Assembly (NCBI GenBank): GCA_045106895.1
Contig: JBGCFM010000160.1
Span: forward strand, 21,882 to 85,881
Reading direction: 5' to 3'
Length of the DNA: 64,000 nucleotides
Source: Polyangiales bacterium
Lineage (GTDB): Bacteria > Myxococcota_A > Polyangia > Polyangiales > Houyiibacteriaceae
Positions 18,695-27,906 of the stretch are shown piece after piece. The notes under the pieces are model-generated. The model searched no databases. It saw only the letters and a program-made list of their open reading frames with translations, and was not told where the DNA came from. The position numbers were made by a program, and so were the translations under genes. Numbering within the stretch: position 1 is the first letter of the stretch; each line of letters opens with the position of its first letter.

Positions 18695-19054
18695 CTAGCG
18701 GCGGAGATGCCATTCGGCGATGGCGAGGGTGACCTGAGCCAAGGTGGCGGGTTTCGGAATGGCACAGTCGGCGCCATGTTGCCGGAGATCGTCGGCGCTG
18801 CATTGGCGCGCTCGCTCGGTGACGAGGACCACCGGCGTTGAGACTTTGGGCACGCTGATGGGAGCCTGCATCGCTTGGCCCTGCGCCGTCGCCAGGTCGA
18901 GGTCGAGGAGGACCGCGACGTAGTCTTGGGCGGCGAGACGCGTGCCAAGCTGGTCCGGGGGCACGTCGACGACGGCGTACCCGTCCGCCAGGGCAGCTTC
19001 GGCGCTCTTCCAGGAGTTCCCCGAAGCGTCGACGTAGAGGAGGCGTGCGTTCAC
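18695..19054 (-). CDS. Single-domain response regulator (CheY-like receiver), divergent
   Basis: LLYVD, VLLDLD (phospho-Asp), PVVLVT, GAD..IPKP. GTGA overlap with upstream gene. Confidence 0.7.
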   Translation of the reverse strand: MNARLLYVDASGNSWKSAEAALADGYAVVDVPPDQLGTRLAAQDYVAVLLDLDLATAQGQAMQAPISVPKVSTPVVLVTERARQCSADDLRQHGADCAIPKPATLAQVTLAIAEWHLRR

Positions 19055-20550
19055 TTAGGCTCCTCCGCGCCGACAGAAACGATGGCGGCGACGATGACGC
19101 TGTTGCGATTTGGGCGCTCCAGCGCCGGCTCTTTTTGAGCGAGGTCGTCCTCCGTGATCACGCCGAGGGGCGCGGTGGTGTTCTTCACGATGGTGACGTG
19201 CGCCGGGCTTGGCGGATGGGCGTCCGGAATGGTGGGCCCGTCCATCGTGGCTAGCAGCGCGTCCTGCGTGTCTTCGGTGACAAAGGTCGGGGAAGCGGGC
19301 GTCGAAATCGGCGGCCGGGTTGTGGTCACATCGTCGAAACCGACGTCACGGCCTCGCGTTGCGATTGGCGCTCGTGTTGTGGTCACGTCATCGCCGAAGG
19401 TTCGCTCTGGGGGGGGCCTCGAATCGGCGGCGCCCTGCGAATCTGTTTCGCTCTCGGAGACTGGAAGAGCGATAGAGCGGGTCTCTTCGTCGCCGAAGGC
19501 CGCAAGGGGAATCTCCGCCGACGCCGCGACGCGGGTCACATCGTCGAAGCCAAGGCCTTCGCGTGTGCCCCCGATCGCTGACGGCGCCGAAGCCAGCGCG
19601 CGCTGTTCTGGGTTGGGAGCCGTGACGTCTTCAAAGCGTCCAGGTTTGGGAACCGAGAGAGAGCGTTGCGTGAATGGGCGCCCAATGAGGACGCGTTCAA
19701 CCCCTTGCACCGCCACCAGAAGCTGAGCCACCTCGGGTTCCGCGGCTTTGGTGAGCATCTGTTCGTAGACTGCTCGGGCGGACTCAAACGACGTCATGTG
19801 CAGCTGCATCGCAGCCGCGGCACGTCCGATGTGCTGAACTGTCCGCTTGTCGGCGGAGGCAGCATCGCCCTGCGTTTGCGCTTCCTTCGCGAGCCGGTCG
19901 AGGGCCTGTGCTGTGGACTCGGCGTCTGGGTGTTCGACACTCCTCGCTGCCTTCGCCATGCCCGTCAGGTCACGGGCCTCAAGGGGGTCGAAGAGCGCCT
20001 TTGCCAGCGCCGACGCGCGAACGTCGACCTGTGAATCACATGTTGCAGATTGCGCGTTGTCGATGAGCATCCATCGCAAGAGCTGAAGACGTCGCTGTGC
20101 CCAGGGGGAGAGAGTCGCGGCACGCGACATGTCTTCCAGGGTGGCCATTGCGACGGAGGCGCCGCCGCGGAGCAATGATTGATGCACCGCGTGATGGTCG
20201 TGTCCGGCGTCGGGGGGCGGCGCCAAGAGCTCCCCCAGGAAGAGCGCCCAGCGCTGCCCGTCTTCGCCAAAACTGCAACCACTAAGGGCGGCCAGGGCTT
20301 CGACGAGCATGCCATCGCGAATCCACTGTTCGACCTGGAGAATACTGAGCGCGGGCCACGAACCCGCCGCCGCGTCGACGCTCAAACCCATCAGGGCCAA
20401 ACGAAATGGACCATGGGCAGGCTGCCTAGCGAGGGCTCCACGAAGCATGCACTCCGCTTCGTGATGCGAACCCATGGCCGCTAGCGCTCGCGCCGACGCG
20501 ATGATGCTCTCGGGAGACGATGGGTTCACGCTGCCGAGGGTATCACTCAT
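19051..20550 (-). CDS. Hypothetical protein: helical/TPR-like N-part, disordered C-tail with repeated F-x(0,1)-D-D/E-x-T motifs
   Basis: 499-aa ORF in operon orientation between rsmG and the receiver. Motifs FEDVT, FDDVT x2, FGDEET, FGDDVT. Confidence 0.7.
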   Translation of the reverse strand: MSDTLGSVNPSSPESIIASARALAAMGSHHEAECMLRGALARQPAHGPFRLALMGLSVDAAAGSWPALSILQVEQWIRDGMLVEALAALSGCSFGEDGQRWALFLGELLAPPPDAGHDHHAVHQSLLRGGASVAMATLEDMSRAATLSPWAQRRLQLLRWMLIDNAQSATCDSQVDVRASALAKALFDPLEARDLTGMAKAARSVEHPDAESTAQALDRLAKEAQTQGDAASADKRTVQHIGRAAAAMQLHMTSFESARAVYEQMLTKAAEPEVAQLLVAVQGVERVLIGRPFTQRSLSVPKPGRFEDVTAPNPEQRALASAPSAIGGTREGLGFDDVTRVAASAEIPLAAFGDEETRSIALPVSESETDSQGAADSRPPPERTFGDDVTTTRAPIATRGRDVGFDDVTTTRPPISTPASPTFVTEDTQDALLATMDGPTIPDAHPPSPAHVTIVKNTTAPLGVITEDDLAQKEPALERPNRNSVIVAAIVSVGAEEPK

Positions 20551-20578
20551 CGAGCGCAGGGTGGAGGCGCAGCCTGAG

Positions 20579-21205
20579 TTACTTCGGGGTTCGGTAGACC
20601 AGCGCGCGTCGAGCGCCGCCTTTGGCTGTTTCGTAGGGCTGCTGCCACACGATGTCGCCCGATGGAGCCTCCGCTGTTCCTAAGAGCACGGCGACTAAGT
20701 CTGCGAGGGGCGCTGCGCGCTCTAGCCACTCTCCCGGTTCGAAGGTGGCGCGGGAGAGCGCGAGGTCGAATCGCTCGCCTTGAAGCCCCTCCAGGCGTCC
20801 CTCACGCACCACGACGCGCTTGCTCAAGCCCAGAGCACCCACGGCGGTGCGCATGAATGCAACGCGTTTCCGGCGCGGCTCAAGGAGCGTGAGGTGCAGA
20901 TCGGGGCGCATCACGGCAAGGGGGAGGCTTGGCGCTCCAGCCCCAGCGCCGACATCGATGAGAGTTTGTTTCGGGGGGATGCCCTCGGCGAGAACGAACG
21001 CGTCGAGACACAAGATCTCGAGGAGCGCTTCGGGGCTGCGCGCGGCGACGAGATCGGTCCGCGCCCCCCACGTCGAGACCAGGTCCGCGAACTGCAGCAA
21101 AGCACCCCGCGTCTCGGTCGGGAGCTTGGCGGATACATAAGAGGACAACGACGCGCGGAGCGCATCGAGATGATGCGCATCGGCATCGCGGTCGAAGGGC
21201 GTCAT
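20579..21205 (-). CDS. rsmG: 16S rRNA m7G527 methyltransferase RsmG
   Basis: IDVGAGAGAPSLPLA, LLEPRRKRVAFM, GRLE, SRATF. Confidence 0.88.
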   Translation of the reverse strand: MTPFDRDADAHHLDALRASLSSYVSAKLPTETRGALLQFADLVSTWGARTDLVAARSPEALLEILCLDAFVLAEGIPPKQTLIDVGAGAGAPSLPLAVMRPDLHLTLLEPRRKRVAFMRTAVGALGLSKRVVVREGRLEGLQGERFDLALSRATFEPGEWLERAAPLADLVAVLLGTAEAPSGDIVWQQPYETAKGGARRALVYRTPK

Positions 21206-21232
21206 AGATGTGTTCGGAGCGTACTACTGACG

Positions 21233-21892
21233 CTATTCGGGCGCGATGACTTCGACGCTCGTTTCGCCACTCTGAAGCTGAGCCGAAGATGTCGGGAGTT
21301 CAGCACCGCGGTCCTGACAGAATCGCATCCAGTTCCGCAAATCCGAATGGCCTCGCGAGTTGAGCGCACAGGCACGGTAGGCACGTCTGGCGTGATCTAG
21401 GTAGGGGCGAGCTTGAGCGTCGATGACTTCGCGAAATACGGTGGCGATCTCAGGCTCACTTCGGAGTTCGTCGGGGACCGGAACGCGCCGTAGCACCCGC
21501 GCGACGTCTTCGTACATCAGTGCGACGAGGGCGCCGGCGATGGTCCGCTGTGGGTGCGCCTCTTCGGCGGCGACGTTGAGCTCCGCGCGAGCTGCTTCGA
21601 CGAGGCGTGTCTTTTGAGCGAGCCAGGGTTGCAACGTGACGTCGGTCCAGTCTTGGAGTTCGACGGTGCGCGCGGAGGAGGGAGGGGCGGGGGGCGCCTG
21701 GACCTCAAAGCTCTGCTCCGTCAGCAGCCACGCAAAACGCATATGCTCCGTGAAGTCGCTCTCGTGGGCCGCGCTCGGAAGACACTCCATGCTCGGTGGC
21801 GCGGCCGACTCGCCCGCGCGCTCCACCGTCGCCTGGTTCCCCGCACAGGCAAGACAGAGAACAAGAAGTAGGCACTGGGTAGGTTGGTTCAT
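21233..21892 (-). CDS. Hypothetical helical lipoprotein
   Basis: LLVLCLAC lipobox. C-terminal AYRAC..W..FC. Confidence 0.65.
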   Translation of the reverse strand: MNQPTQCLLLVLCLACAGNQATVERAGESAAPPSMECLPSAAHESDFTEHMRFAWLLTEQSFEVQAPPAPPSSARTVELQDWTDVTLQPWLAQKTRLVEAARAELNVAAEEAHPQRTIAGALVALMYEDVARVLRRVPVPDELRSEPEIATVFREVIDAQARPYLDHARRAYRACALNSRGHSDLRNWMRFCQDRGAELPTSSAQLQSGETSVEVIAPE

Positions 21893-21903
21893 GGCGTGGT
21901 GTC

Positions 21904-22725
21904 TCAGCAGCTGCCCGCGAGGGCATGGGCGAAAGCGCTGGCCTTGGCAAAACGTTCATCGCGCTTGGCGGACATGGCTTGATGGATCGCCACTGCCACC
22001 GCCGCAGGGGCGGACGGACAGCGCTCTTCGAAACGTACGGTGTCTCCCATCACGATTTGATAGAGCAAACGGCCGGGATTTCGTTCTGTGAATGGAACTT
22101 CGCCGGTGAGCGCTTTGTAGGTGAGGATACCGAGCGCATACGTATCGATGCGTTCGTCGATGCCGCCTTCACCCGTGAGCAGCTCTGGGGCCATGTATAT
22201 TGGGGTGCCGCTGACTTCGCCGGTTCGAGTCAGGCGCTCGAGCCCGTGCACTTTGCTCGTTCCAAAGTCCACGAGCTTCGTACCTTCTTCGAGGAGGAAG
22301 ACGTTGGCTGGTTTCAGGTCGCCATGAAGTACGCCGTGGGCGTGGACGGCGTCGAGGGCCTTGGCGACGTGGCCCAGAATGACGCTGAACTCCGTGGGCG
22401 TAAGCGGGCCGCGCTCGAGGCGCGCCTCCAAGGTCTCTCCTTGGAGGAGCTCCATAACCGTGTACGCGCGTCCGCCGTCGTCTTCGCCGACCTCGACAAC
22501 GCGGACGACCCCGGGGTGGTCCAGAGATTTGAGGATGGAAGCTTCGCGCCGGAAGCGCCGACTCATCTCAGGGTCACCGGCAAGCTCCGAATGTAGGAAC
22601 TTGATCGCGACCCGCTGGCCCGTGCCGGTGTGGCGTGCGGCGTAGACGGCGCCCATGCCCCCGGCGCCGAGCTCGCCACGGATCTCGTACGGACCAACAC
22701 AGCCTTTGCTCGCGGGGAGGCCCAT
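21904..22725 (-). CDS. Hanks-type Ser/Thr protein kinase (kinase domain only, non-RD)
   Basis: GAGGMG, VAIK, HGDLKPAN, DFG, GTPIYMAPE, DTYALG. No TM or extra domains. Confidence 0.92.
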   Translation of the reverse strand: MGLPASKGCVGPYEIRGELGAGGMGAVYAARHTGTGQRVAIKFLHSELAGDPEMSRRFRREASILKSLDHPGVVRVVEVGEDDGGRAYTVMELLQGETLEARLERGPLTPTEFSVILGHVAKALDAVHAHGVLHGDLKPANVFLLEEGTKLVDFGTSKVHGLERLTRTGEVSGTPIYMAPELLTGEGGIDERIDTYALGILTYKALTGEVPFTERNPGRLLYQIVMGDTVRFEERCPSAPAAVAVAIHQAMSAKRDERFAKASAFAHALAGSC

Positions 22726-22866
22726 TAGGGCCAATCGCTTTCGCAGGTTTGTGTCGTTGTTGCGCCGTTCATGGTGAACCGAACATACATGGTAGCGCGA
22801 AAGCCGCGAGTTTTCAGATCCGCCGCTTTCTTCGGGTCATCACGGTGGTCGTGATACGCCCGGGAC

Positions 22867-23847
22867 ATGCTCCCTGTGGTCAAAGTAGTCGGAGTCGGCG
22901 GTGCCGGCGGAAATGCGGTCGTTGCGATGTCTCAGCGAGACCTCCACGGCGCGGAATTACTCGCATTTAACACAGACGCTCAGGCCCTCTCAGGACTCGG
23001 CGACATCCGCACGATGGCCCTCGGCGAACGTGCCACACGCGGTCTCGGCGCGGGTGGCCGGAGTGAGGTGGGGCGTGCGGCGGCGCTGGAGTCGTGCGGG
23101 CCCATCGCGCGGGAGTTCGCCAATACGGATATGGTCTTTGTCACCGTCGGTATGGGCGGGGGAACTGGCACCGGCGCGGCTCCCATCGTGGCGCACGCCG
23201 CTCGGGCCAGCGGCGCCCTCGTCGTTGGCGTTGTTTCCAAGCCATTCATGTTCGAAGGCCTCAAGCGGCGTCGAGCCGCGAACGAGGGGCTGACGCTCCT
23301 CGAAGAACAGGTTGATGCTCTTCTGGTGATCGAGAACGACCGTCTCTTGAACGGCGGTGACTTGACCATTGCCGAAGCCATGGGGCTCGCCGACGAGGTG
23401 CTCTGTGACGCGGTGACGGGGATCGGCGATCTAGTGGGTAATCCAGGCATCGTAAACCTGGACTTCGCTCATGTTCGTGGCGTTCTGCAGGACGGTGGAC
23501 GCGCGGTGATGGGCCGTGGCAGCGCGACGAGCGAAGAAGGGGGCGCCCTCGCGGCGGTGGAGCGAGCCATCGCGTGCCCACTCTTGGACGACGACTCGGT
23601 GGCGGGAGCCCAGCGCATCCTGCTTCACTTGGCCGCAGGGCCGGAGCTTCCGCTGCGCGCCGTCGAGAGAGCTTCGATGCGTCTCGAAGAGGTCGCGCAC
23701 CCCGACGCGGAGATCGTCTTCGGCGTGGTTCATAGCGAGGCACTCGTCGGTCATGCGGAGGCGACGGTGATCGCGACGTGCATCGACGCGGATGCCGCGA
23801 AGCCTGCGCAGCCTGCACAGCCGCGCAATGCGCTCGTGATGCTCTGA
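22867..23847 (+). CDS. ftsZ: FtsZ paralogue lacking the C-terminal tail, T7 loop NLDFAH
   Basis: GVGGAGGN, NTDAQAL, GLGAGG, GMGGGTGTG, PFMFEG. Not in a dcw cluster. Confidence 0.92.
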   Translation: MLPVVKVVGVGGAGGNAVVAMSQRDLHGAELLAFNTDAQALSGLGDIRTMALGERATRGLGAGGRSEVGRAAALESCGPIAREFANTDMVFVTVGMGGGTGTGAAPIVAHAARASGALVVGVVSKPFMFEGLKRRRAANEGLTLLEEQVDALLVIENDRLLNGGDLTIAEAMGLADEVLCDAVTGIGDLVGNPGIVNLDFAHVRGVLQDGGRAVMGRGSATSEEGGALAAVERAIACPLLDDDSVAGAQRILLHLAAGPELPLRAVERASMRLEEVAHPDAEIVFGVVHSEALVGHAEATVIATCIDADAAKPAQPAQPRNALVML

Positions 23848-23854
23848 ACGTCCC

Positions 23855-25009
23855 GTGAGCCGCGACAAGAGCCACCGTCTAGCGGCCATCGACCTGCTTC
23901 GTGGGGCGGTGATGGTCCTGATGGTACTGGACCACACGCGGGACTTCTTCATGGTTCAGGGCGTTCGTGCGACGGACCTATCCCAGACGACGACGCCACT
24001 GTTTTTCACGCGCTGGGTGACACATTTCTGCGCGCCGGGCTTTGTCTTCCTCGCGGGAAGCGCCATCTTTCTGGCCGCCCAACGGAGGAGCGCTCGTGAA
24101 CGCACGCGCTTTTTGGTGACGCGCGGCCTCTTCTTGGTCGTCCTTGAACTCACGGTGGTGAAGTTCGGTTGGGCGCCGGAGCCCTTTTACTATTTCCTGC
24201 TTCTCCAGGTGATCTGGGCCATCGGCTGGAGCATGGTCGCGATGGCCGGCATCAGCTTCTTGCCTTCGCGCATTGTTGGGGGGCTCGGCGTGTTGGCGCT
24301 CGTATTGGCGCCGCTTTGGGAGAACGCTGAAGGCAGCGGCGCGATGGGCGTTGTCCTGACGGTTTTGACGGGCACAGGCGTCTACCACCCCATCGAGGGA
24401 CACACGCTAATCGTGGGCTATGCGATTCTGCCCTGGCTGGCGTTGATGATGTGCGGCTTCGGTTTTGGCGAGTTGGCCAAGCGCGCGGACTTTCCTCGCT
24501 GGAGCCTCGTCTTTGGCGTGGCGCTATCCTTCGCCTTTGTTGGGCTTCGTTTCCTAAATGTCTATGGCGACCCCGAGCCTTGGACATCCCAGAGTTCGGC
24601 GACCTTCACGCTGCTCTCGTTCTTGAACACGTCGAAGTATCCTCCTTCGCTCCTGTTCTTGCTGATGACGCTGGGGCCGCTCCTGGTTGCGCTCTCGCTT
24701 CTCTCACGCGTCGATGCATCGCGGGCGCCGTGGCGCTGGCTGCTCGTGTTTGGTCGCGTGCCGCTCTTCTACTACGTGCTGCACTTGTGGCTCCTCCGCG
24801 TCGCGTCCATCGCGTGCGCGTTTGTCGTTTGGGGCTTTGGGCCGGAAGCGTATTCTCCGCCGCCAGAGGGACATGCTGGCAACCCAGGATGGTCGCTCGC
24901 CGTGGTCTATCTCGTGTGGGCGCTCGCGCTGCTCGTGCTCTACCGGCCGTCACGCGCTTTCGTAGAGCTGAAACGTCGCCGCGACGACTGGTGGCTCGCT
25001 TACCTATGA
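23855..25009 (+). CDS. DUF1624 (HGSNAT-catalytic-like) membrane acyltransferase
   Basis: RLAAIDLLRGAVMVLMVLDHTRD, TRWVTHFCAPGF, KYPPSL, FGRVPLFYYVLH. Many TM helices. Confidence 0.88.
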   Translation: MSRDKSHRLAAIDLLRGAVMVLMVLDHTRDFFMVQGVRATDLSQTTTPLFFTRWVTHFCAPGFVFLAGSAIFLAAQRRSARERTRFLVTRGLFLVVLELTVVKFGWAPEPFYYFLLLQVIWAIGWSMVAMAGISFLPSRIVGGLGVLALVLAPLWENAEGSGAMGVVLTVLTGTGVYHPIEGHTLIVGYAILPWLALMMCGFGFGELAKRADFPRWSLVFGVALSFAFVGLRFLNVYGDPEPWTSQSSATFTLLSFLNTSKYPPSLLFLLMTLGPLLVALSLLSRVDASRAPWRWLLVFGRVPLFYYVLHLWLLRVASIACAFVVWGFGPEAYSPPPEGHAGNPGWSLAVVYLVWALALLVLYRPSRAFVELKRRRDDWWLAYL

Positions 25010-25537
25010 GTGTTCGGCGAGAGCGGCGAGCACGGACTCAGACCGTCGGTTTCGCTCCGCCGCGTCCTGCGGCGTAATGCCATCTTTGTCAGCCAGTCGT
25101 GGGTCTGCGCCGGCGCGCAGCAAGAGGCGGACTTTGTCTGGCGGGCTGTGCCTACACGCATACCACAGGGCGCTGCGGTATCGTACGTCGAGGCGTTCGA
25201 GGTTCCAGCCTGCGTCGAGATGAGTTCTGACTCGCTCGAGATCCCAGCTGTCGATGGGTGGGTTCGGCTTCGGCTTTTGCTCCGGCGGAAGAGCCTTGGC
25301 CGGCTCTCGGTAGCTCGGGTTCACCAGGGACGTCACCGCGTCTTTGTCGCGATCCAACATGCTCTCGGGCTGGGTCACCACCTTGCCGCGGGTTCGACAA
25401 GCATCGAGGACGCGTTGTCGCAACTCTGGGTGAGCGTCGAGAATCTTCGTTCCGGGAGGAAACCGCAGATCGGGCTGACACAACTCGAGCCGCCGACGCA
25501 GAGCTTCTGCGCGCGACGGCTCTGCTGTGAGTTCCAA
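25004..25537 (-). CDS. Ankyrin-repeat protein
   Basis: SALWYAC..VRLLLRAGADPRLADKDGITPQDAA. Starts 3 nt after the jag stop. Start codon uncertain. Confidence 0.7.
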   Translation of the reverse strand: MELTAEPSRAEALRRRLELCQPDLRFPPGTKILDAHPELRQRVLDACRTRGKVVTQPESMLDRDKDAVTSLVNPSYREPAKALPPEQKPKPNPPIDSWDLERVRTHLDAGWNLERLDVRYRSALWYACRHSPPDKVRLLLRAGADPRLADKDGITPQDAAERNRRSESVLAALAEHS

Positions 25538-25540
25538 AGC

Positions 25541-26086
25541 TTAGTTAGGGATGATCTGAATTCGGCGTCCTGTGCCGTGTCCCTGGCTAGCGGTGGTGAC
25601 ACCGTCGAACTTGGCCAGGCTCAGATGGACGACGCGACGATCGCGCGCGTTCATGGGCTGCAGCGTGACTGTGCACCCCTCGTCGAGGGCTCGCTTGGCT
25701 TCGCGCTGGGCGAGGGACTCGAGGTTCTCGTCATGTCGGTCGCGGTAGTCACCGGAGTCGACGACGATGTGGCGGCGGCCGTCGGGATAGCGGTTGAGGA
25801 TTTTGTTGAGCAAGAACTGCAAGGCGTCGAGGGTCTGACCCTTTTTGCCAATGGCGCGCCCGGCATCTTCGCCGACGACGTCGAGGACAACGCGCTCATC
25901 GTCTTCGCGGATGTCGACGTCTACGTCGAGCTCCATGAGTTCGAGGACCTCGTCGAGGAGCTCCGCCGAGTCTTCAGCTTTGCCGTCGCCAGCTTTGCCG
26001 TTGTTGCGGGAGTCGCGGGATCGTCGTGGAGCAGGTTCGTCGCCACCTACAAGGAGGGCGCCATCTTGGGGTTCGTTCTCAGCCAT
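25541..26086 (-). CDS. jag: RNA-binding protein Jag/KhpB/EloR (KH + R3H)
   Basis: IGKKGQTLDALQ, PMNARDRRVVH, TASQG. Confidence 0.92.
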   Translation of the reverse strand: MAENEPQDGALLVGGDEPAPRRSRDSRNNGKAGDGKAEDSAELLDEVLELMELDVDVDIREDDERVVLDVVGEDAGRAIGKKGQTLDALQFLLNKILNRYPDGRRHIVVDSGDYRDRHDENLESLAQREAKRALDEGCTVTLQPMNARDRRVVHLSLAKFDGVTTASQGHGTGRRIQIIPN

Positions 26087-27887
26087 TGCGTTGTTTCTTC
26101 TTACGGGAGCCTAGTGTCCGGCGCTTTGCGCTAGCGCTCGAGGATTGGAGCGAAGGACCTGGCTCAGGATCGTTGTTTGGGTCGTTGTCTTTGTCCGCTT
26201 CGTCGTCGTCCGAGCTATCGGGGTCAGGCTTAGCGTCTTTTTCAGCATCCAGCTTCGCGTAGATGGCGCGCTGCTGGATCATAGTAAGCGTGGAGTTGGT
26301 CACCATGTAAAGGCAGAGACCGGCGGGGAGGAAGAGCATGAACCCGCCGATGAGGATCGGCATGAGGTACATCATCATCTTCGCCTGGGACGAGTCCATG
26401 GTGTTTGGCGTAAGTCGCTGCTGAAGATGCATGAGCACCGCCACAAGGATCGGCAGGACAAAGTAAGGGTCAGGCGCCGAAAGGTCGGTCCAGAAGCCGA
26501 CGAAAGGTGCGTGGTAGAGCTCAAGGTTTGTGGAGAGCGAGCGGTAGAGAGCAAACCAGACGGGCATCTGCAGAAGGGAAGGTAAGCAGCCTGATATCGG
26601 ACTGACCCCTTCCTTTCGATACAGCTCCATCATGGCTGCACCCTTCTTCTCGCGATCGTCTCCGTACTTTTCGTTGAGCGCGTCGATCTGCGGCTTGAGC
26701 TGCCGCATGCGACCCATGGAGCGGAAGCTGCGCATGGTGATGGGGAAGAAGAGCATCTTCACGCCGAGCGTCATCAAGATGATGGCGAGGCCCCAGTTGC
26801 CGACGAAACCGTAGACGAGGGTTAGAAGGTCATTGAAGCCGTTGGCGATGAGGCTGAACCAGCCAAGGTCAACGATGCCCGGGAGACCGTGCCCCGCGTT
26901 ACGGAGGGCCGTTCGGTCGCTCGGGCCAACGTACGCCAGGGTACGTGTGAGAGACTCTTCACCGGGGGCAAGGGTTGTACGCGCGTAGCGAAGCTCTGCC
27001 TCGACGAGGGAGCCTTCCCAGGTGTCGGCGACGACGCTGCCGCCGCGGCGTGACGCGCCAACTACGCAGCGCTCTGCAGGACCGCCCACGCTGGCCATGG
27101 CCGTCGCGAAGTAAGAGTCGGCGATGGATGCAAAGCCCACGTCACCACCGAAGCCGCGGGGGTCTTTGACGAGCTCCGCCGTGGCGGCGCGCTCGATGTC
27201 TTCGCCGTTCTCTCCGCCGGAACAGATGCCGAAGGCGGCGGCGGTGGGCGGACGTCCGATGAAGCCGGACTCTTCTTGCTCACGTGTCGTGTAGTGGAAG
27301 AGGCGGTGGCTTACGCGAAAGGTTGCGTCGCTGGCGGAGTCGTTGCGGACTCGTGTCGTGGACCAAAGCTGGTAGCGGTTTTGGCCCGCTTGAATACGCC
27401 GTGAGACGATGAACCCATTGCCGCGCCACTCGAAGCGCACGGTGCGTTCGTCGATCTGCTCGGCGGTCCAAACAGCGCCGACCGGAATCGGGATGCCGGG
27501 AACTTCGAGCTGAAGCCCGTAGTACGCCTCCGACGTGGTCGTGACCATGTCGATGGGCTCGCCGGCGCCATCCAGGTACTTCTCTTCGGTGAGCTTGAAG
27601 CTGACGAGGCCGGTGTTGAGGTTGGAGAACGTCGCGTCGAAGACGTCCGTGTGCACCGTGACGAACTCTTCGGACTCGGTGCGCGCTCGAAGGTCGCTCT
27701 CGCTCAGCGTCGCGGGCTGGCGTGGCGTGGCGTCTTGCGTTTCTCCGGCTTCGGTGGAGTCGCCTGACTCGCTCGTGGCCGTTTCGGCGTCCGGGGCGGT
27801 TTCTGCTGGCGGATCTTCTTGGGAGAAGAAGGTGAATGCCATCAGCGCCGCGAGGAGCCCGATCATGATAAAATTGCGCTTTTCCAT
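26079..27887 (-). CDS. yidC: Membrane protein insertase YidC
   Basis: VDLGWF, GNWGLAII, GCLPSLLQMPVW, DLSAPDPY, PAGLCLY. Confidence 0.95.
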   Translation of the reverse strand: MEKRNFIMIGLLAALMAFTFFSQEDPPAETAPDAETATSESGDSTEAGETQDATPRQPATLSESDLRARTESEEFVTVHTDVFDATFSNLNTGLVSFKLTEEKYLDGAGEPIDMVTTTSEAYYGLQLEVPGIPIPVGAVWTAEQIDERTVRFEWRGNGFIVSRRIQAGQNRYQLWSTTRVRNDSASDATFRVSHRLFHYTTREQEESGFIGRPPTAAAFGICSGGENGEDIERAATAELVKDPRGFGGDVGFASIADSYFATAMASVGGPAERCVVGASRRGGSVVADTWEGSLVEAELRYARTTLAPGEESLTRTLAYVGPSDRTALRNAGHGLPGIVDLGWFSLIANGFNDLLTLVYGFVGNWGLAIILMTLGVKMLFFPITMRSFRSMGRMRQLKPQIDALNEKYGDDREKKGAAMMELYRKEGVSPISGCLPSLLQMPVWFALYRSLSTNLELYHAPFVGFWTDLSAPDPYFVLPILVAVLMHLQQRLTPNTMDSSQAKMMMYLMPILIGGFMLFLPAGLCLYMVTNSTLTMIQQRAIYAKLDAEKDAKPDPDSSDDDEADKDNDPNNDPEPGPSLQSSSASAKRRTLGSRKKKQRNG

Positions 27888-27906
27888 CGAGGCCGGCTCC
27901 GGGGCG

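Noticed and set aside
25010..26134. 374-aa plus-strand ORF
   Set aside because: Antisense to jag and the ankyrin gene.
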